A DNA stretch of 64,000 nucleotides from Prasinococcaceae sp. CCMP 1430 (taxonomy: Eukaryota > Plantae > Prasinodermophyta): NCBI GenBank assembly GCA_013416795.1, contig RQSC01000974.1:42854-106853 (forward strand), read 5' to 3'. Shown in pieces: positions 34,118 through 45,134 of this stretch. Below the pieces are notes generated by a model, which saw only the letters and a program-made list of their open reading frames with translations, searched no databases and had not been told where the DNA came from. A program made the position numbers and the translations under genes. The first letter of the stretch is position 1. Each line of letters starts with the position of its first letter.

Positions 34118-35359
34118 TCAGCTCTTCCAGTAGCCCGTGGACGATAGCGCTGCCCGCAGGCCGAATGCTCCGACCGCCGCGAGCACCTGGGCCACGATCA
34201 GCCGTATACACAGAGCGTTCTCGCCGCAGCTCCCACCCCAGCGCAACGCGAGGTTGACGAGGTTGCAGTTCATGTGCGCGCTGCCCGTGGGCGACCACAG
34301 CTTTGAGTTCACGTCGGTAGGCCGAAGCACGCCCGTCTTCACGTCGAAGCTCGGCAGCCGGTGCCTCGGACAGGGGAATCCGGGGAGCTTCATGAGCTGC
34401 GGCAACGAGTACAGGAAATTGACCACCTGTGGTGCGAAGAACACGAGGAGGGTCTCGCTGAAGTGGCCCAGTACGCCCGCGACGGCAAAAGTCATGCCCG
34501 CGAAGTAAGTGTACGTATCGCCGACGAACACTGTGCTGGGGTACCAGTTGAACAGCAGCAGCGCGGCGGTCGCGGCATAGAAAGGCCCCATCAAGAACAC
34601 GCTCAAGAGGTGCGCCTCATAGCGCGCGCCGTCGACTGCCGGGTCGAGCCACGCCAGGTGCGACAGGTTGAGCACGAGCACCGCTGCCGACATCACGAGG
34701 CTCTGGCCTGCCTCGAGGCCGTTGACGCCCGCGTGGATGTTGATGCTGTTCGTGCAGAAGACGGCCAGCGCTGCTATGTACACCAGATACAACGGCCCCA
34801 ACTCAAGCAGCTCAGGCAGCGCTCCGCCCGCCTGCGCGCCGCCCAGGCCCACCCAGCGCATGGCCGCGCCCGCCGCGGGCCGCAGCACGTGGGGGATGAC
34901 GACCGCGGTGTGTCCCTTGTACGCGCCCAGCAGCGGCATCGCGCCGACGAACGGCAGCGCGAGCTTGTACCTCCAGGGGATGTCCAGCATGTCGTCCACG
35001 AAGCCCAGCAGCAGCATGAAGCACACGCACAGCAGCGCGGCGTTGTACTCGACCTGCCACGAGGCGTCCCCCACGCCATCGAGGCCCTCGGGCAGCGCCT
35101 GTTGCAGCGCGATCGTCGCGGCGAGCCACACCATGCCGCACACCAGCCCGAGCGATTCGGGCACGGGAACGGCGCCTCCGGGCGTACCGCGCTTGTTTAT
35201 GTCCTTGCCGCAGTTGCCCTTGCGCTGCATGTACTCCATACACACCGGGATGCCGCGCCAGGTGGCGTAGAGCGCGAACGCCGACGCCGCCGCGCACATA
35301 GCGAGCGCGCGGCGCGTCGCCGCGTCGCCCACCGCCGCGGCACACGCGGCGAATCGCAT
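34118..35359 (-). CDS. DPAGT1: UDP-GlcNAc:dolichyl-phosphate GlcNAc-1-phosphate transferase (GPT/ALG7), single exon
   Basis: GKDINKRG, VPESLG, LLGFVDDMLDIPWRYKL, FCTNSINIHAGVNGLEAGQ, FVGDTYTYFAGM, CPRHRLP. Confidence 0.96.
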   Translation of the reverse strand: MRFAACAAAVGDAATRRALAMCAAASAFALYATWRGIPVCMEYMQRKGNCGKDINKRGTPGGAVPVPESLGLVCGMVWLAATIALQQALPEGLDGVGDASWQVEYNAALLCVCFMLLLGFVDDMLDIPWRYKLALPFVGAMPLLGAYKGHTAVVIPHVLRPAAGAAMRWVGLGGAQAGGALPELLELGPLYLVYIAALAVFCTNSINIHAGVNGLEAGQSLVMSAAVLVLNLSHLAWLDPAVDGARYEAHLLSVFLMGPFYAATAALLLFNWYPSTVFVGDTYTYFAGMTFAVAGVLGHFSETLLVFFAPQVVNFLYSLPQLMKLPGFPCPRHRLPSFDVKTGVLRPTDVNSKLWSPTGSAHMNCNLVNLALRWGGSCGENALCIRLIVAQVLAAVGAFGLRAALSSTGYWKS

Positions 35360-36746
35360 CGCCTGGGCAGCCGCCGCGCCCGCGCGCCCGCGCAGGTGTG
35401 CGGCGGCGCGCCCGCACGCCTGTGAGGGGGACGTCGACGCGCCAAGGTGTGTTCGAATCAGCGGCCGCGCTTTCGGAAAGGCGCGCGCTCCGCAAAGCGA
35501 GCTTTTGCCGAGGAGCGCGGCGCCATCAAACGGGGACGCAACGACGCCCACACCGCTCCGAGAAATCCGCCCCCCCCCCGGCGGGGGCCGGCCGCGGCCG
35601 CAGGCGTGGGTTGGTTGGGGTTGGGTTGCTTTTTTTTTTTTTCCGCCCCGCTGCTTTGTTGAGTGCGTTTGAAGGCGAGGAAGCCACCGCACCCCCCTGC
35701 GAAGATTTTTTGTTGGCACTTGCATGGCATTGCCCCCAACAACCAATTGGGAATCGGCGGAATGCCCCACACCCAACCGAACGAAATTCCGCTCCGCGCC
35801 GGCCGATGCGCGCGCGTGCGTGCGCGCGTGCCCTTTGCGGCTTCAGAGGGAGATCTTTTTTTTTTTTCCTTCGCGCGCGCGCGCTGAGGTGGCCCCGCGC
35901 TGCCCCGTGGGAGCAGGGGGGACGGAGCAGGGCATCGGTGCCACTGGGAGCGCGCGCGCGCAAACGGGCGTGGGGTGGAGGGAGAGCCCGTGAACACCCG
36001 CAGGCGCGCGCGGCACCGCCGAGGGCGCGCGCGCCACCGCTGCTCCCCTCGAGCGCCCGCAGGCGGCAGCGAGGGGATCGCGCGCCCCGCCGGGGGCGCC
36101 CCGGACCCCAACCCCCGCCCGCGTCGCCCGCGTTCGAAACGGCCTCCGAGGCGATGCGCGAGCAGACCCTCTCACACGTTTCACCGCAAACATCGGTGCG
36201 CGACACCCCCGATCCGCACCGGGCCCCGATCGCGGCGCCGCGCGAGCCGGCGGAGGACGCAAAAAAAAAAAACGCTCCTCCGTGCGTTTCGACGTGGAAT
36301 TCGGGGGGCGGTTTTCCTTTTCCGTCGGAAAACCCGCGGGGTCGGAAAAAAAACGCGCGGCGCCGTTCCCCGGGGCGACGGGCGCGCGCGTTCGGAACCG
36401 CGCTTTGATCTGGTTTTCGTGACGGCAATCCGTCGAATGCGATCCTTTTCAGCTTGAAATGTGCGGATGCGCAGCGCGGCGGTTTTGCGTTTTCCCGTGT
36501 GTTTCCGCGGGTTTCGCGGCGAGCGGAGCGGGATTTCCCGATTCCGTCGATTTGGCGGCGGCTGCGTGGGCGGTGCGCAGGCGCCGGCCGGCTGCAGCGG
36601 GCGGCAGGTGGTGGGGTGGGTTGGGTGTGGTGTGTGTGTGTGGGGGGTGGCGTGCGTTTAAGGCGCCGAGCCACTCGCGCGTCGGCGACCCGCGGCCCCC
36701 GCCGCGCCCTTGCACCCCCGCGGCGCCCCACTTCCCGTCCCGAGCC

Positions 36747-38232
36747 ATGGCGGCGGCCGCGCGGGGAGCGCGGCCGCCCGCTGCGGCGCGCTGCACTCGG
36801 CGCCCGCGCAGGCGGCCGTGTCGGGCGCGTACGTCGAGCGCACCAACATCCGACTGGGGCTGCCGTCCAAGGGGCGCATGTCGGAGGACACCATGGAGCT
36901 GCTCGCCAACTGCCAGCTCAAGGTCAAGAAGCCCAACCCGCGCCAGTACGTCGCCAACATGAACAACCTGCCGCAGGTGCGTGAGCGCCGCCGCCACCGC
37001 CAGCGCCGGCCAGCGCGAGGGAGAAGCGGGGAGAGAGTGCGGGAGGGGACGAGAATGGCTGTACGCGAACGAGCGCGTGCGCGCGGCTGCGGACGCCGCG
37101 ACGCACGGTGTGCCGAGCTCAGCTGGCACGGCGCGGCACGGCACGGCCTTGCATTGCGCTGCGCGACGCTGACGCTGACGCTGACACGCGCTCGGCGGCC
37201 ACGCGGTCCGCGCGTCGCGCTCTGCAGGTCGAGGTGTGGTTCCAGCGCGCGACCGACGTGGTGCGCAAGATGGTAGCGCGCGACATTGACATCGGCATCG
37301 TCGGCTACGACATGCTCGAGGAGATCGCCGGCGAGCAGATGGACGATCTGGTCGTCGTTCACGACGCGCTGGAGTTCGGAGGGTGCCACCTCGCCCTGGC
37401 GGTGCCCGTGAGCGGGCAGTTCGCTGAGGTGCGCGCGCGCGCGCGCCGCTGCGCGCGTCACGCCGGTGCTGCGAGGTGCCCCTCAACCGCGCTCGCGCGG
37501 CCAACACGCTGACGCCGCCGCCGCCGCGCCCGCCTCTTGCTGCCGGTCGCGCCCCTGCAGGTGAACTCCGTGGCGGACCTGGCGGCGATGGGCTGGTCGG
37601 AGGAGCGCCCGCTGCGCGTGATCACGGGGTACACGGGGCTGGCGAAGCGCTTCTTCACTGCCGAGAACGGCTTCCCGCACGTGGTGGTCTCCACGGCCGA
37701 CGGCGCCCTGGAGGCCGCTCCGGCTATGGGCACCGCCGACATGATCCTCGACCTGGTGTCCACCGGCGTGACGCTGCGCGAGAACAACCTCAAGCAGATC
37801 GAGGGCGGCACGCTCATGGAGAGCCAGGGCTGCCTCGTGGCCAACCGCAAGGCCATCACCGAGAGGCCCGAGGTGCTCCAGGTCGCCAAGGAGATGCTCG
37901 AGAGGCTCGAGGCGCACCTCGCCGCCAAGTCGCAGTATGAGGTCACCGCGAACATTCGCGCCGCGTCCAAGGCCGAGTGCGCCCAGGCAATCTTCAACAA
38001 AACGCAGCACGGCGGGCTCCAGGGGCCCACTATTAACGACGTTTACACACGCGGGGGGGAGAAGTACGTCGCTGCCACCGTCATGGTGCCGGCCACGGAG
38101 CTGTACGACTCTATCCGCGAGCTTCGCTCCATCGGCGGCAGCGGCATCATCGTGAAGCCTGTGACGTACATCTTCGACGAGGAGCCGCTGCGCTGGCGCA
38201 AGCTGCTCGAGGAGCTCGGCATCGATGAGTAG
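36747..38232 (+). CDS. hisG: Plastid ATP phosphoribosyltransferase (long-form HisG); 5' end frame ambiguous
   Basis: IRLGLPSKGRM...PNPRQYVA | VEVWFQRATDVVRK...LEFGGCHLALAVP | ...ADGALEAAPAMGTADMILDLVSTGVTLRENNLK...GLQGPTI...VTYIFDEE. Exons ..36976, 37228-37428, 37561-38232. Confidence 0.93.
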
Positions 38233-38493
38233 GCGGGGAGGCGTGCTCCAGGGATGGTCGCATCGACGTAATTCACACTACGCGAACCAATGGCGCGAAG
38301 GCTGGGCATGCGCTGCTCGCGAGCGCTGCTGCGAGCGCGTGGGGGCACTCGGTGTCACGCACGGCGCGCCGCCGCAAGTCGAATACGAACCACCCGACCG
38401 AGGTCCGGTCGGCGCAGCGCACTCTGGGCGCGCGCGCGGCGAGGGTGTCCTCGGCGTCGCGGCAGTGTGGGACAGCGCGGTGGCTCTTACTGG

Positions 38494-38762
38494 CTAGGCA
38501 GCTGCCTCCTTAGGCGCCGGGGGGTACGGATAGAGGGGCTCGTTCTTGAAGTGCTCGTTGTACCTGCGCGCGGCGATCGAGTGGGTGTCAGCTCAGCACG
38601 CGTGAAGGTGCGCAGGCCTACGTGCGCGCACGGGCGACCTTGGCTTCGCGCGCGCGCGGCGTGCCGCCGCCTCCCGCCTAGCTCTCTCTGGCGCACGTAC
38701 ACGATCCATGGCGCGAGCCCGCACACGAGCGCGCCCTCCGCCGGCTGGGGCACCGGCGGCAT
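38494..38762 (-). CDS. Small spliced ORF (at least 43 aa) with one hydrophobic segment, unknown function
   Basis: Exons 38762-38701 and 38563-38494; intron has a GTACGT donor, CTGAC branch site and CGCAG acceptor. Product MPPVPQPAEGALVCGLAPWIVYNEHFKNEPLYPYPPAPKEAAA*. High GC3. Confidence 0.55.
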
Positions 38763-39396
38763 GGCGCGGACGTTGAGCTCTGCGGGCGTGGCGCCCGCGG
38801 CGGCCGACCAGGAGCCTTCATGAAGAACATGCCGCCACCACACCCAGCGCGCGCTGGCGCGCCGTCGCCCGCGCAGGTCAAAACGCACCCGCGCGGCCCC
38901 CACGCGCGGCGCTTAACGCGCAGGTCAAAACGCACCCGAATCTCTCCCCGGCGCCCCAACGGCCACCAACGTTCGGCCGCGGGGCGCGCCTGCGTTTTGA
39001 TGGCGTTTTTTGAAACCGCTTTTTTTTTGGCTTCGGGGGAGCTGACGCCAGTGGCCATCCATCCTTTCCTGGGTTAGGGGAAAAACGATTTTTTGAAAAA
39101 AAGAGGCGTCGAGGACGCGCGATACCGGAGTTTTGATGGGGTGTTGGGCGCGAGCCTCGTCTTGTTTCGCCCGAATTTTCGCGCCTTTTTTTTTTTTGAA
39201 ACGCCCCGGGCGGTGCGCTGCGCGCGCCCCCATCAAACCGCATGCGACGCAGACATCCAAAGAATTGAATTCAAACGCGTGCGGCAACGAAAGGACCCTG
39301 AATTAAAACCCTTAAAAGCGGAGCACACACCGAAACCTGCGGACGTACAGCCGTGGACTACGACTGTCTGGACAGACTGACAGAGGACACACACAC

Positions 39397-39632
39397 AAAA
39401 AAATCGTACGCCTCGCCAGGCGGATGTACGCCCGGACAAAAATCGTTCCAGCGCGCGCCGCTCGGCCAGGGCGCGCAGGTGTACCCGGGCTACTCATCGA
39501 GACTTTGCGCGAGCCCGCCAGCCAGCCAGTTATTACAGTATTATCCCGGCACCGCGCTGCTGCCTCGGGCACACCAGGTTTGAGTTCATTATTTATCCCG
39601 GCACCGCGCTGCTGCCTCGGGCACACCAGGTT
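39397..39632 (+). repeat. Dispersed intergenic repeat copy B (39397-39504) plus two identical 40-bp direct repeats (39541-39580, 39593-39632)
   Basis: ttatcccggcaccgcgctgctgcctcgggcacaccaggtt occurs twice with a 12-nt spacer. A diverged inverted copy lies at 32295-32328. Confidence 0.88.
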
Positions 39633-40032
39633 CGAATGCCTTTGCGCACGCGCCCGATTGGATGCTCGAGCTGTCGCGCGCGCGAGGATTCGGATTCGAC
39701 TGCGCCGAAAAGCCCGTAAAACTGGAATTTCTGGCACGAAAAGCTCGCAGACTGGAATTTTTTCGATTCGGAATTGCGGCCGGTGCGCTGCGCGCGCGCG
39801 CGCGCGAGTTTTGCGCGCGAACAGCCGCCGCGGAGGAAGGGCATCCATCCCATCCCCCCGCGGCGGTGTTGGCGAGGGAGGGGTGGGGCGGCACAGGCAC
39901 AGCGCGCCCGCGCGGCGTCTCCCCCCCCAAGGGAGTGGGTGGGGCGTGGGAGGGGAGAGGGGGGTGGCTGACTGACGACGCGCCACGCGGGCCGCGGCGC
40001 GCGGCGCGCGGCCACGCGGCGCGCGCCGGTGC

Positions 40033-41413
40033 ATGCGCGCGGCAGCCCCGGGTGACGGCGACGAGTCGGCCGACGCCCTCGCGGGCACGGGCCAGTCCGC
40101 GGGAACGCCTGCGCCTCTACCGGGCGACTGGGCCGCGCTCCACGGCGTCACCATGGCGGTCGGAGGCTTGAACACGGTCCTCGCTGTCGCCGCGTGGTAT
40201 GCCTCCAACATCGGCGTGCTCCTGCTCAACAAGATGCTTCTGAGCTACCACGGTTTCAAGTTCCCGGTGACGCTCACTGCAATCCACATGATCGCGTGCA
40301 GCGTCATGAGCTACATTGCAATCGACCTCTTCAAAGTGGTGCCCCCCGCCAAGGCGCGGTCGCGGCAGCAGCTCTCCAAAATCGTCGTGCTCGGCTCGTT
40401 CTTCTGCCTGGCCGTTGTGCTGGGCAACGTTTCCCTCAAGTTCATCCCCGTAAGCTTCAACCAGGCCATCGGCGCCACCACGCCATTCTTCACAGCCGTC
40501 ATGGCATTCGTCTTGCAGCGGCGGCGAGAGGGCTGGGTGACGTACCTGACACTGGTGCCAGTCGTGCTCGGCGTCATGATTGCCACGCAGGCCGAGCCGT
40601 CGTTCAACATGGTGAGGACAGCTGCAAACCGCGTGCGCTGCCGACCCCGCCCGTCTTGGCCACGGCCCGATTCAGCGAGCGCGAGCCCTTGTCTCAGCGC
40701 TGCTGCGCCGCGCCTGCCCGCGACGGGCCCTGACGGCATCTCGCGCCGCGCTTCACACTCGCGCTCGTGCTTGCCTCCTCCGAACAGATCGGCTTTGTCG
40801 CGGCGGTGATGGCGACCGCGGCGCGTGCCCTGAAGTCCGTCCTGCAGGGTGCGCTGCTTTCGAACGATTCCGAGAAGATCGACTCGCAGAATTTGCTGCG
40901 CTACATGGCGCCAACTGCGGCGTGCCTGCTCGTGCCGGTCGCCCTGATTGTGGAGGGCAAGCAGTTCATGGAGCTCGTGACAAACGACATGTCTGTTGGC
41001 CTCGGGCTGCTGCTACTGCTGAACGCGAGCGTTGCGTATGTACGTGGCGCCAGCGGTGTCAGGGCAGGCGCCCGCTCGTACGTACACTTTGACTGAATGC
41101 GCCGTGCCTGATGCGTGCGTGGTGCTGACAGGAGCCGGACGCGCCACAACAGTTTGTCAACCTCACCAACTTCCTCGTCACGAAGTTCACGAGCCCGCTG
41201 ACGCTGCAGGTGCTCGGCAACGCCAAAGGAGCGGTCGCGGTCGTTGTCAGCGTGGCGGTTTTCGGCAACCCGGTCACCGTGGCAGGCATTGTAGGGTACG
41301 GCATAACCATCCTTGGGGTGGTCGCGTACAGCGAGCAGAGGAGAAAGAGCGCGCTGCCGGCCTCTGCGATTCAAAGCTCACCGCAGTCAGGAAAGCTGAG
41401 CTCCGTGGTGTGA
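40033..41413 (+). CDS. Nucleotide-sugar / sugar-phosphate translocator family (TPT/EamA) transporter
   Basis: [77 protein letters not shown]. Exons 40033(or 40153)-40611, 40788-41039, 41153-41413. Confidence 0.93.
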
Positions 41414-41645
41414 TCGAGCCATCGGCAAGCCGACGCTTCCGTGCAGATACGTCACGCCCGTCGTCGTTGGATGCGACGACCAAACCCTTATCAATCAACA
41501 GCGAGCAGCGCGCCGATGCCGCGCCCGCTGCTGCAGATGAGCCTCCCCCGCGCCGCCCCGCGAGCTTAATATGGTGCGCATAGTCGCCGAATTATATTAC
41601 TCTGGTCGGTCGCCCGGCGCAGCCGCGCGCGCGCGTCCGGCCCTG

Positions 41646-43064
41646 TCACCGCTTCCCGAAGCCTTTCGACGTCGCGGCACGAGGCGGGCGCTTCTCGCCG
41701 TCGCCGGCTGGCGCGGCCTTCTGCGAATCCCTAAGGTTGAGGTATTGCGTGTGCCTCTCCTGCCCCAGCTCGTCTGTCAAAACGGAGATGGCCGCGAGCA
41801 GCACGCGCTTCTTCCCAAGCCGGAAGCGCGCGGCGTTCATCTGCGCGGCGCTCATCTCGCGCGTGCCTGCGGCGGCCGCCTTCAGCTCCTCGAGATCCTC
41901 CTCGAGCGGTGTCGCGAAGCTTTGCAAGGTGAGCACGAGCTGCGACACGACGAGAAGGGTGGCGTTGGTCTCGCCGCGGCCCTCGAGCGCCAGCTGACCG
42001 TGCGCGCCCTGCAGGTCCGCCTCCCGCTCCGCCGCGAGAACGCGCGCCGCCGCCACGAGGCGAGCGTCGACCTCCTTGCCCGGCGCAGCGCGGACCAGGA
42101 GCCTGCGGTCATCTGTGAGGCCGAGCTTTTCAAGGGCCTTGAGCTGCCACGGGTGCGGCGAGCCGTCCGCCTTGAGGTTGGGCTCGGGCACCTGCGCGAC
42201 CTGTGCGGCCGCGCTGAACATGCGCGGGTCGAAGGCCAGCTCCACCGCGTCGTGCGGATTGGCGTCCGCCACGAAGTGGTAGTCCAAGAGCAAAAAGTCG
42301 TTGGGAAGCTCGCCGTAGCAAAGCGAGAGCGGCTCGCCCTCGGCGACGGCGCGCTTCGTGACGACGGAGAGCGCGCCCGCCGCGCCGCTCTTCGCGTCCC
42401 CAGAGATGGCGCAGTTCGGGTCGAAGGAGTGGTTGCACATGTCGATGAGCGGCAGGCATGCGCCAGGCTGCGACGGGCCACCCGCGCGGAACGCGCGGCT
42501 GCTCGTCGCCGCAAGCGCCCAGCCGAGGCCGTTCACATCGACGCTGACGCCGCCGAACGGATCCGCACCGGCGCCCTCGCCGCCGAGGACGTCGAGCTCA
42601 CCCTTCGTGAAGTCCAGCAAGAACTTGCACCGCTTGGCGACCTGCGCAGCGAGGGGCGGGTACTGCAGCGCCTTGAGGTCTTCGGCGCCCCAGAAAATCG
42701 GGCAGCCGGGGTAGGACGCGGGGAGTGTCGCAATGTACGGCGCCCAACGGGAGGCATCGCCCTTGGCGCGCTCGGCGAGCAGGGCGAGGGCGAGTCGCAC
42801 CGACCAGAGCTCCTCGGGCACCTTGGCGATCATCGCCAACAGCGCGGGGTCGGATCCGGGACCGTACGTGAGGGCGAGCGAGCGCGGCAGAGTGATGAGC
42901 GTCTCGCCCGCGGCAACAGGCCGAGCGGCGGCGAGACCCCAGCCCGCAGCGCCCTCCGAGCGCATCGTCACATTGCCCTCGCACACGCCGCCGCCGTCGG
43001 TCACCAGGCGCATGAGAGCACGCGCCGGGTCTTCCGCGGGCGCCGCGCCGCCGGCGCCGCCAGC
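41646..43064 (-). CDS. SET-domain (Rubisco LSMT/SETD3-like) methyltransferase; 5' end interrupted by a foreign-looking segment, probable ATG at 43530
   Basis: GWGLAAARPV, RWAPYIATLP, SSRAF, LPLIDMCNHSFDPN, LCYGELPNDFLLLDYHF. Confidence 0.88.
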   Translation of the reverse strand, partial: AGGAGGAAPAEDPARALMRLVTDGGGVCEGNVTMRSEGAAGWGLAAARPVAAGETLITLPRSLALTYGPGSDPALLAMIAKVPEELWSVRLALALLAERAKGDASRWAPYIATLPASYPGCPIFWGAEDLKALQYPPLAAQVAKRCKFLLDFTKGELDVLGGEGAGADPFGGVSVDVNGLGWALAATSSRAFRAGGPSQPGACLPLIDMCNHSFDPNCAISGDAKSGAAGALSVVTKRAVAEGEPLSLCYGELPNDFLLLDYHFVADANPHDAVELAFDPRMFSAAAQVAQVPEPNLKADGSPHPWQLKALEKLGLTDDRRLLVRAAPGKEVDARLVAAARVLAAEREADLQGAHGQLALEGRGETNATLLVVSQLVLTLQSFATPLEEDLEELKAAAAGTREMSAAQMNAARFRLGKKRVLLAAISVLTDELGQERHTQYLNLRDSQKAAPAGDGEKRPPRAATSKGFGKR

Positions 43065-43456
43065 GCGATCCGCGTCTGGGCTACGCCCCGCCAGGCAAGC
43101 GCGTCGCCATTGCCGGGGGCGATCGCCAGCGCCTTGCCGGCGGCGGTGGCGCATTCGGTGCCGTTGCCGCTGCGGCATTCGGCTTCGGCAAGCAGCAGCT
43201 GCGCGTCGAGGTTCGCCGGATAGCGGGCGGCGTCGCGGCGCAGGCTACGCAACCAGTCGTCGCGGTGCGCGATCGCGTCCTGTCGCGCCTTGTCCAGCTT
43301 CGGGTCCGTGGAAGCGGGCGGCAGCTCGACCCGCGAGCCGAGCTCGAGCCGTCCTTTCACAAAGGCGGCCTCGCCTTCGGTCAGCCGCCGCACGATCGGC
43401 TCGCCGGCGCGATCGGCAGGGTAGGACATCTGCTCGAATGGCAGCTTGACGCCCCC
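43052..43456 (-). other. Fragment of a bacterial-type TPR-containing protein gene embedded in host sequence (HGT relic or assembly chimera)
   Basis: Open frame GGVKLPFEQMSYPADRAGEPIVRRLTEGEAAF...RRDAARYPANLDAQLLLAEAECRSGNGTECATAAGKALAIAPGNGDALAWRGVAQ. It has a TPR-like helix pair and lacks its own C-terminus. Confidence 0.6.
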
Positions 43457-45134
43457 CTCGCACCGCCGCCGCGAGCGGCTGCGACACGGACGCCGGCCGT
43501 CTCGCCGCCGCGCCGACCGGATCGCGCCATCAAAAAACGTCTTTCAGAGTGCAATACTCTCCCGTGGGTACATATATCGCGTGCGTGCCTGTCTTCGGAC
43601 GAGCACCCCGTGACTGACCCCGTGCACGCAGCACACATTCACGTCGACATTCACACGTGGGCGCTGGCAGTCCGGCGCGCGCTCGCCGCCGCAGCGGGTC
43701 GCGCTCCCCCACCCCCACCACCACCACCACACACACGTAGTACACACACCTTCGCCCCCCCTCCCCTCCCCTCCCCGGGTCTCCTGCGCCGGCGCGCGGC
43801 ACGCCGCACGCCTCCGCCGCCGTGGTTCACCGACGCGGGCGCGCCGGCCTGGTTCTGCCGCGTGCACAGTGTGGCACACGGCGCCCGCCGCCACCTCACC
43901 TCCTCCCCCGTCGCCTCCGTGCGTGTGCTGCTGCTACGTCCAGGAGCTGAAGCTCGCCACCCAAACCCTACGTGCAACATCTGGACCCTGAACCCTAAAC
44001 CGAACCGGTACCCGCCGGTAACCGCGCGCGCGTGCGCGCGCGCGCTGTGCGCCGCCCCGCGCGCGCGCCGNCACCGGCGCTACCGCTGCGCGGTTGAAAG
44101 CATGCGTCGCGCGTCACAGCGTCCTGGCTGCGCCTCTCGCGATCACCCCCGGCGGGTGTGGTGATCGAGGCCGCGGGGAGGCGGGAAGGGAGGGGCGCCA
44201 ACGGCCGCGCGACGTCGGCGGGAGGGGAGGGGAAGGGGCGGAGGCGGGGGCCCACGCGTGCGCCGCACGCACGCGCGCCGCGAGCGCCCGCTCACCCGCA
44301 GCAGCGCCCCCTTCCGACCCCCCCAAAGGTCCCCACGCCACACCCGAACCCCACACCGCTCGAGGTCACGTTCAAAATGACATCCTTTCTCGCATTTAAC
44401 AGACCCTACTCGCACAGAAACCCTTATTGCGTCCGCGCGCGCGTGGCGCCCGCGGCGCGGATCTTCATCGGCGGGCGCGCGGGCGTGTTAGGGTTTTGGA
44501 GCCTATTAGGGTCCACAGAGGCGGCGAGCGGCGCGTCAGATCGCATGCGTTTTGGTTTTTTGGGGTTGGGGTTGGGGGCGCGCGCGGGGCGCCCTCGGCG
44601 CCACGCGTGCGCGCGCCGCGCGCGCGCGTTACCGCCCGCGCCGTTTTTCCGGCGTGGCGCGGTCGCGAAATGCGCGGCCGCGAAACGCGCGGCGCGGGTG
44701 CGCTCCGATGGGGGCGGGCGCGCGGCGATTTCGCGGAGCGCGCGCGGCGAAATGGGGGCGCGNNNNNNNNNNNNNNNNNNNNNNNNNNNNNNNNNNNNNN
44801 NNNNNNNNNNNNNNNNNNNNNNNNNNNNNNNNNNNNNNNNNNNNNNNNNNNNNNNNNNNNNNNNNNNNNNNNNNNNNNNNNNNNNNNNNNNNNNNNNNNN
44901 NNNNNNNNNNNNNNNNNNNNNNNNNNNNNNNNNNNNNNNNNNNNNNNNNNNNNNNNNNNNNNNNNNNNNNNNNNNNNNNNNNNNNNNNNNNNNNNNNNNN
45001 NNNNNNNNNNNNNNNNNNNNNNNNNNNNNNNNNNNNNNNNNNNNNNNNNNNNNNNNNNNNNNNNNNNNNNNNNNNNNNNNNNNNNNNNNNNNNNNNNNNN
45101 NNNNNNNNNNNNNNNNNNNNNNNNNNNNNNNNNN

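Noticed and set aside
39541-39632. CRISPR-like repeat-spacer-repeat
   Set aside because: Only two units, a 12-nt spacer, no cas genes, eukaryotic context.
39626-39642. tRNA/B-box-like ggttcgaatgcc
   Set aside because: Deviates from GTTCRANNC; no cloverleaf or A-box found.
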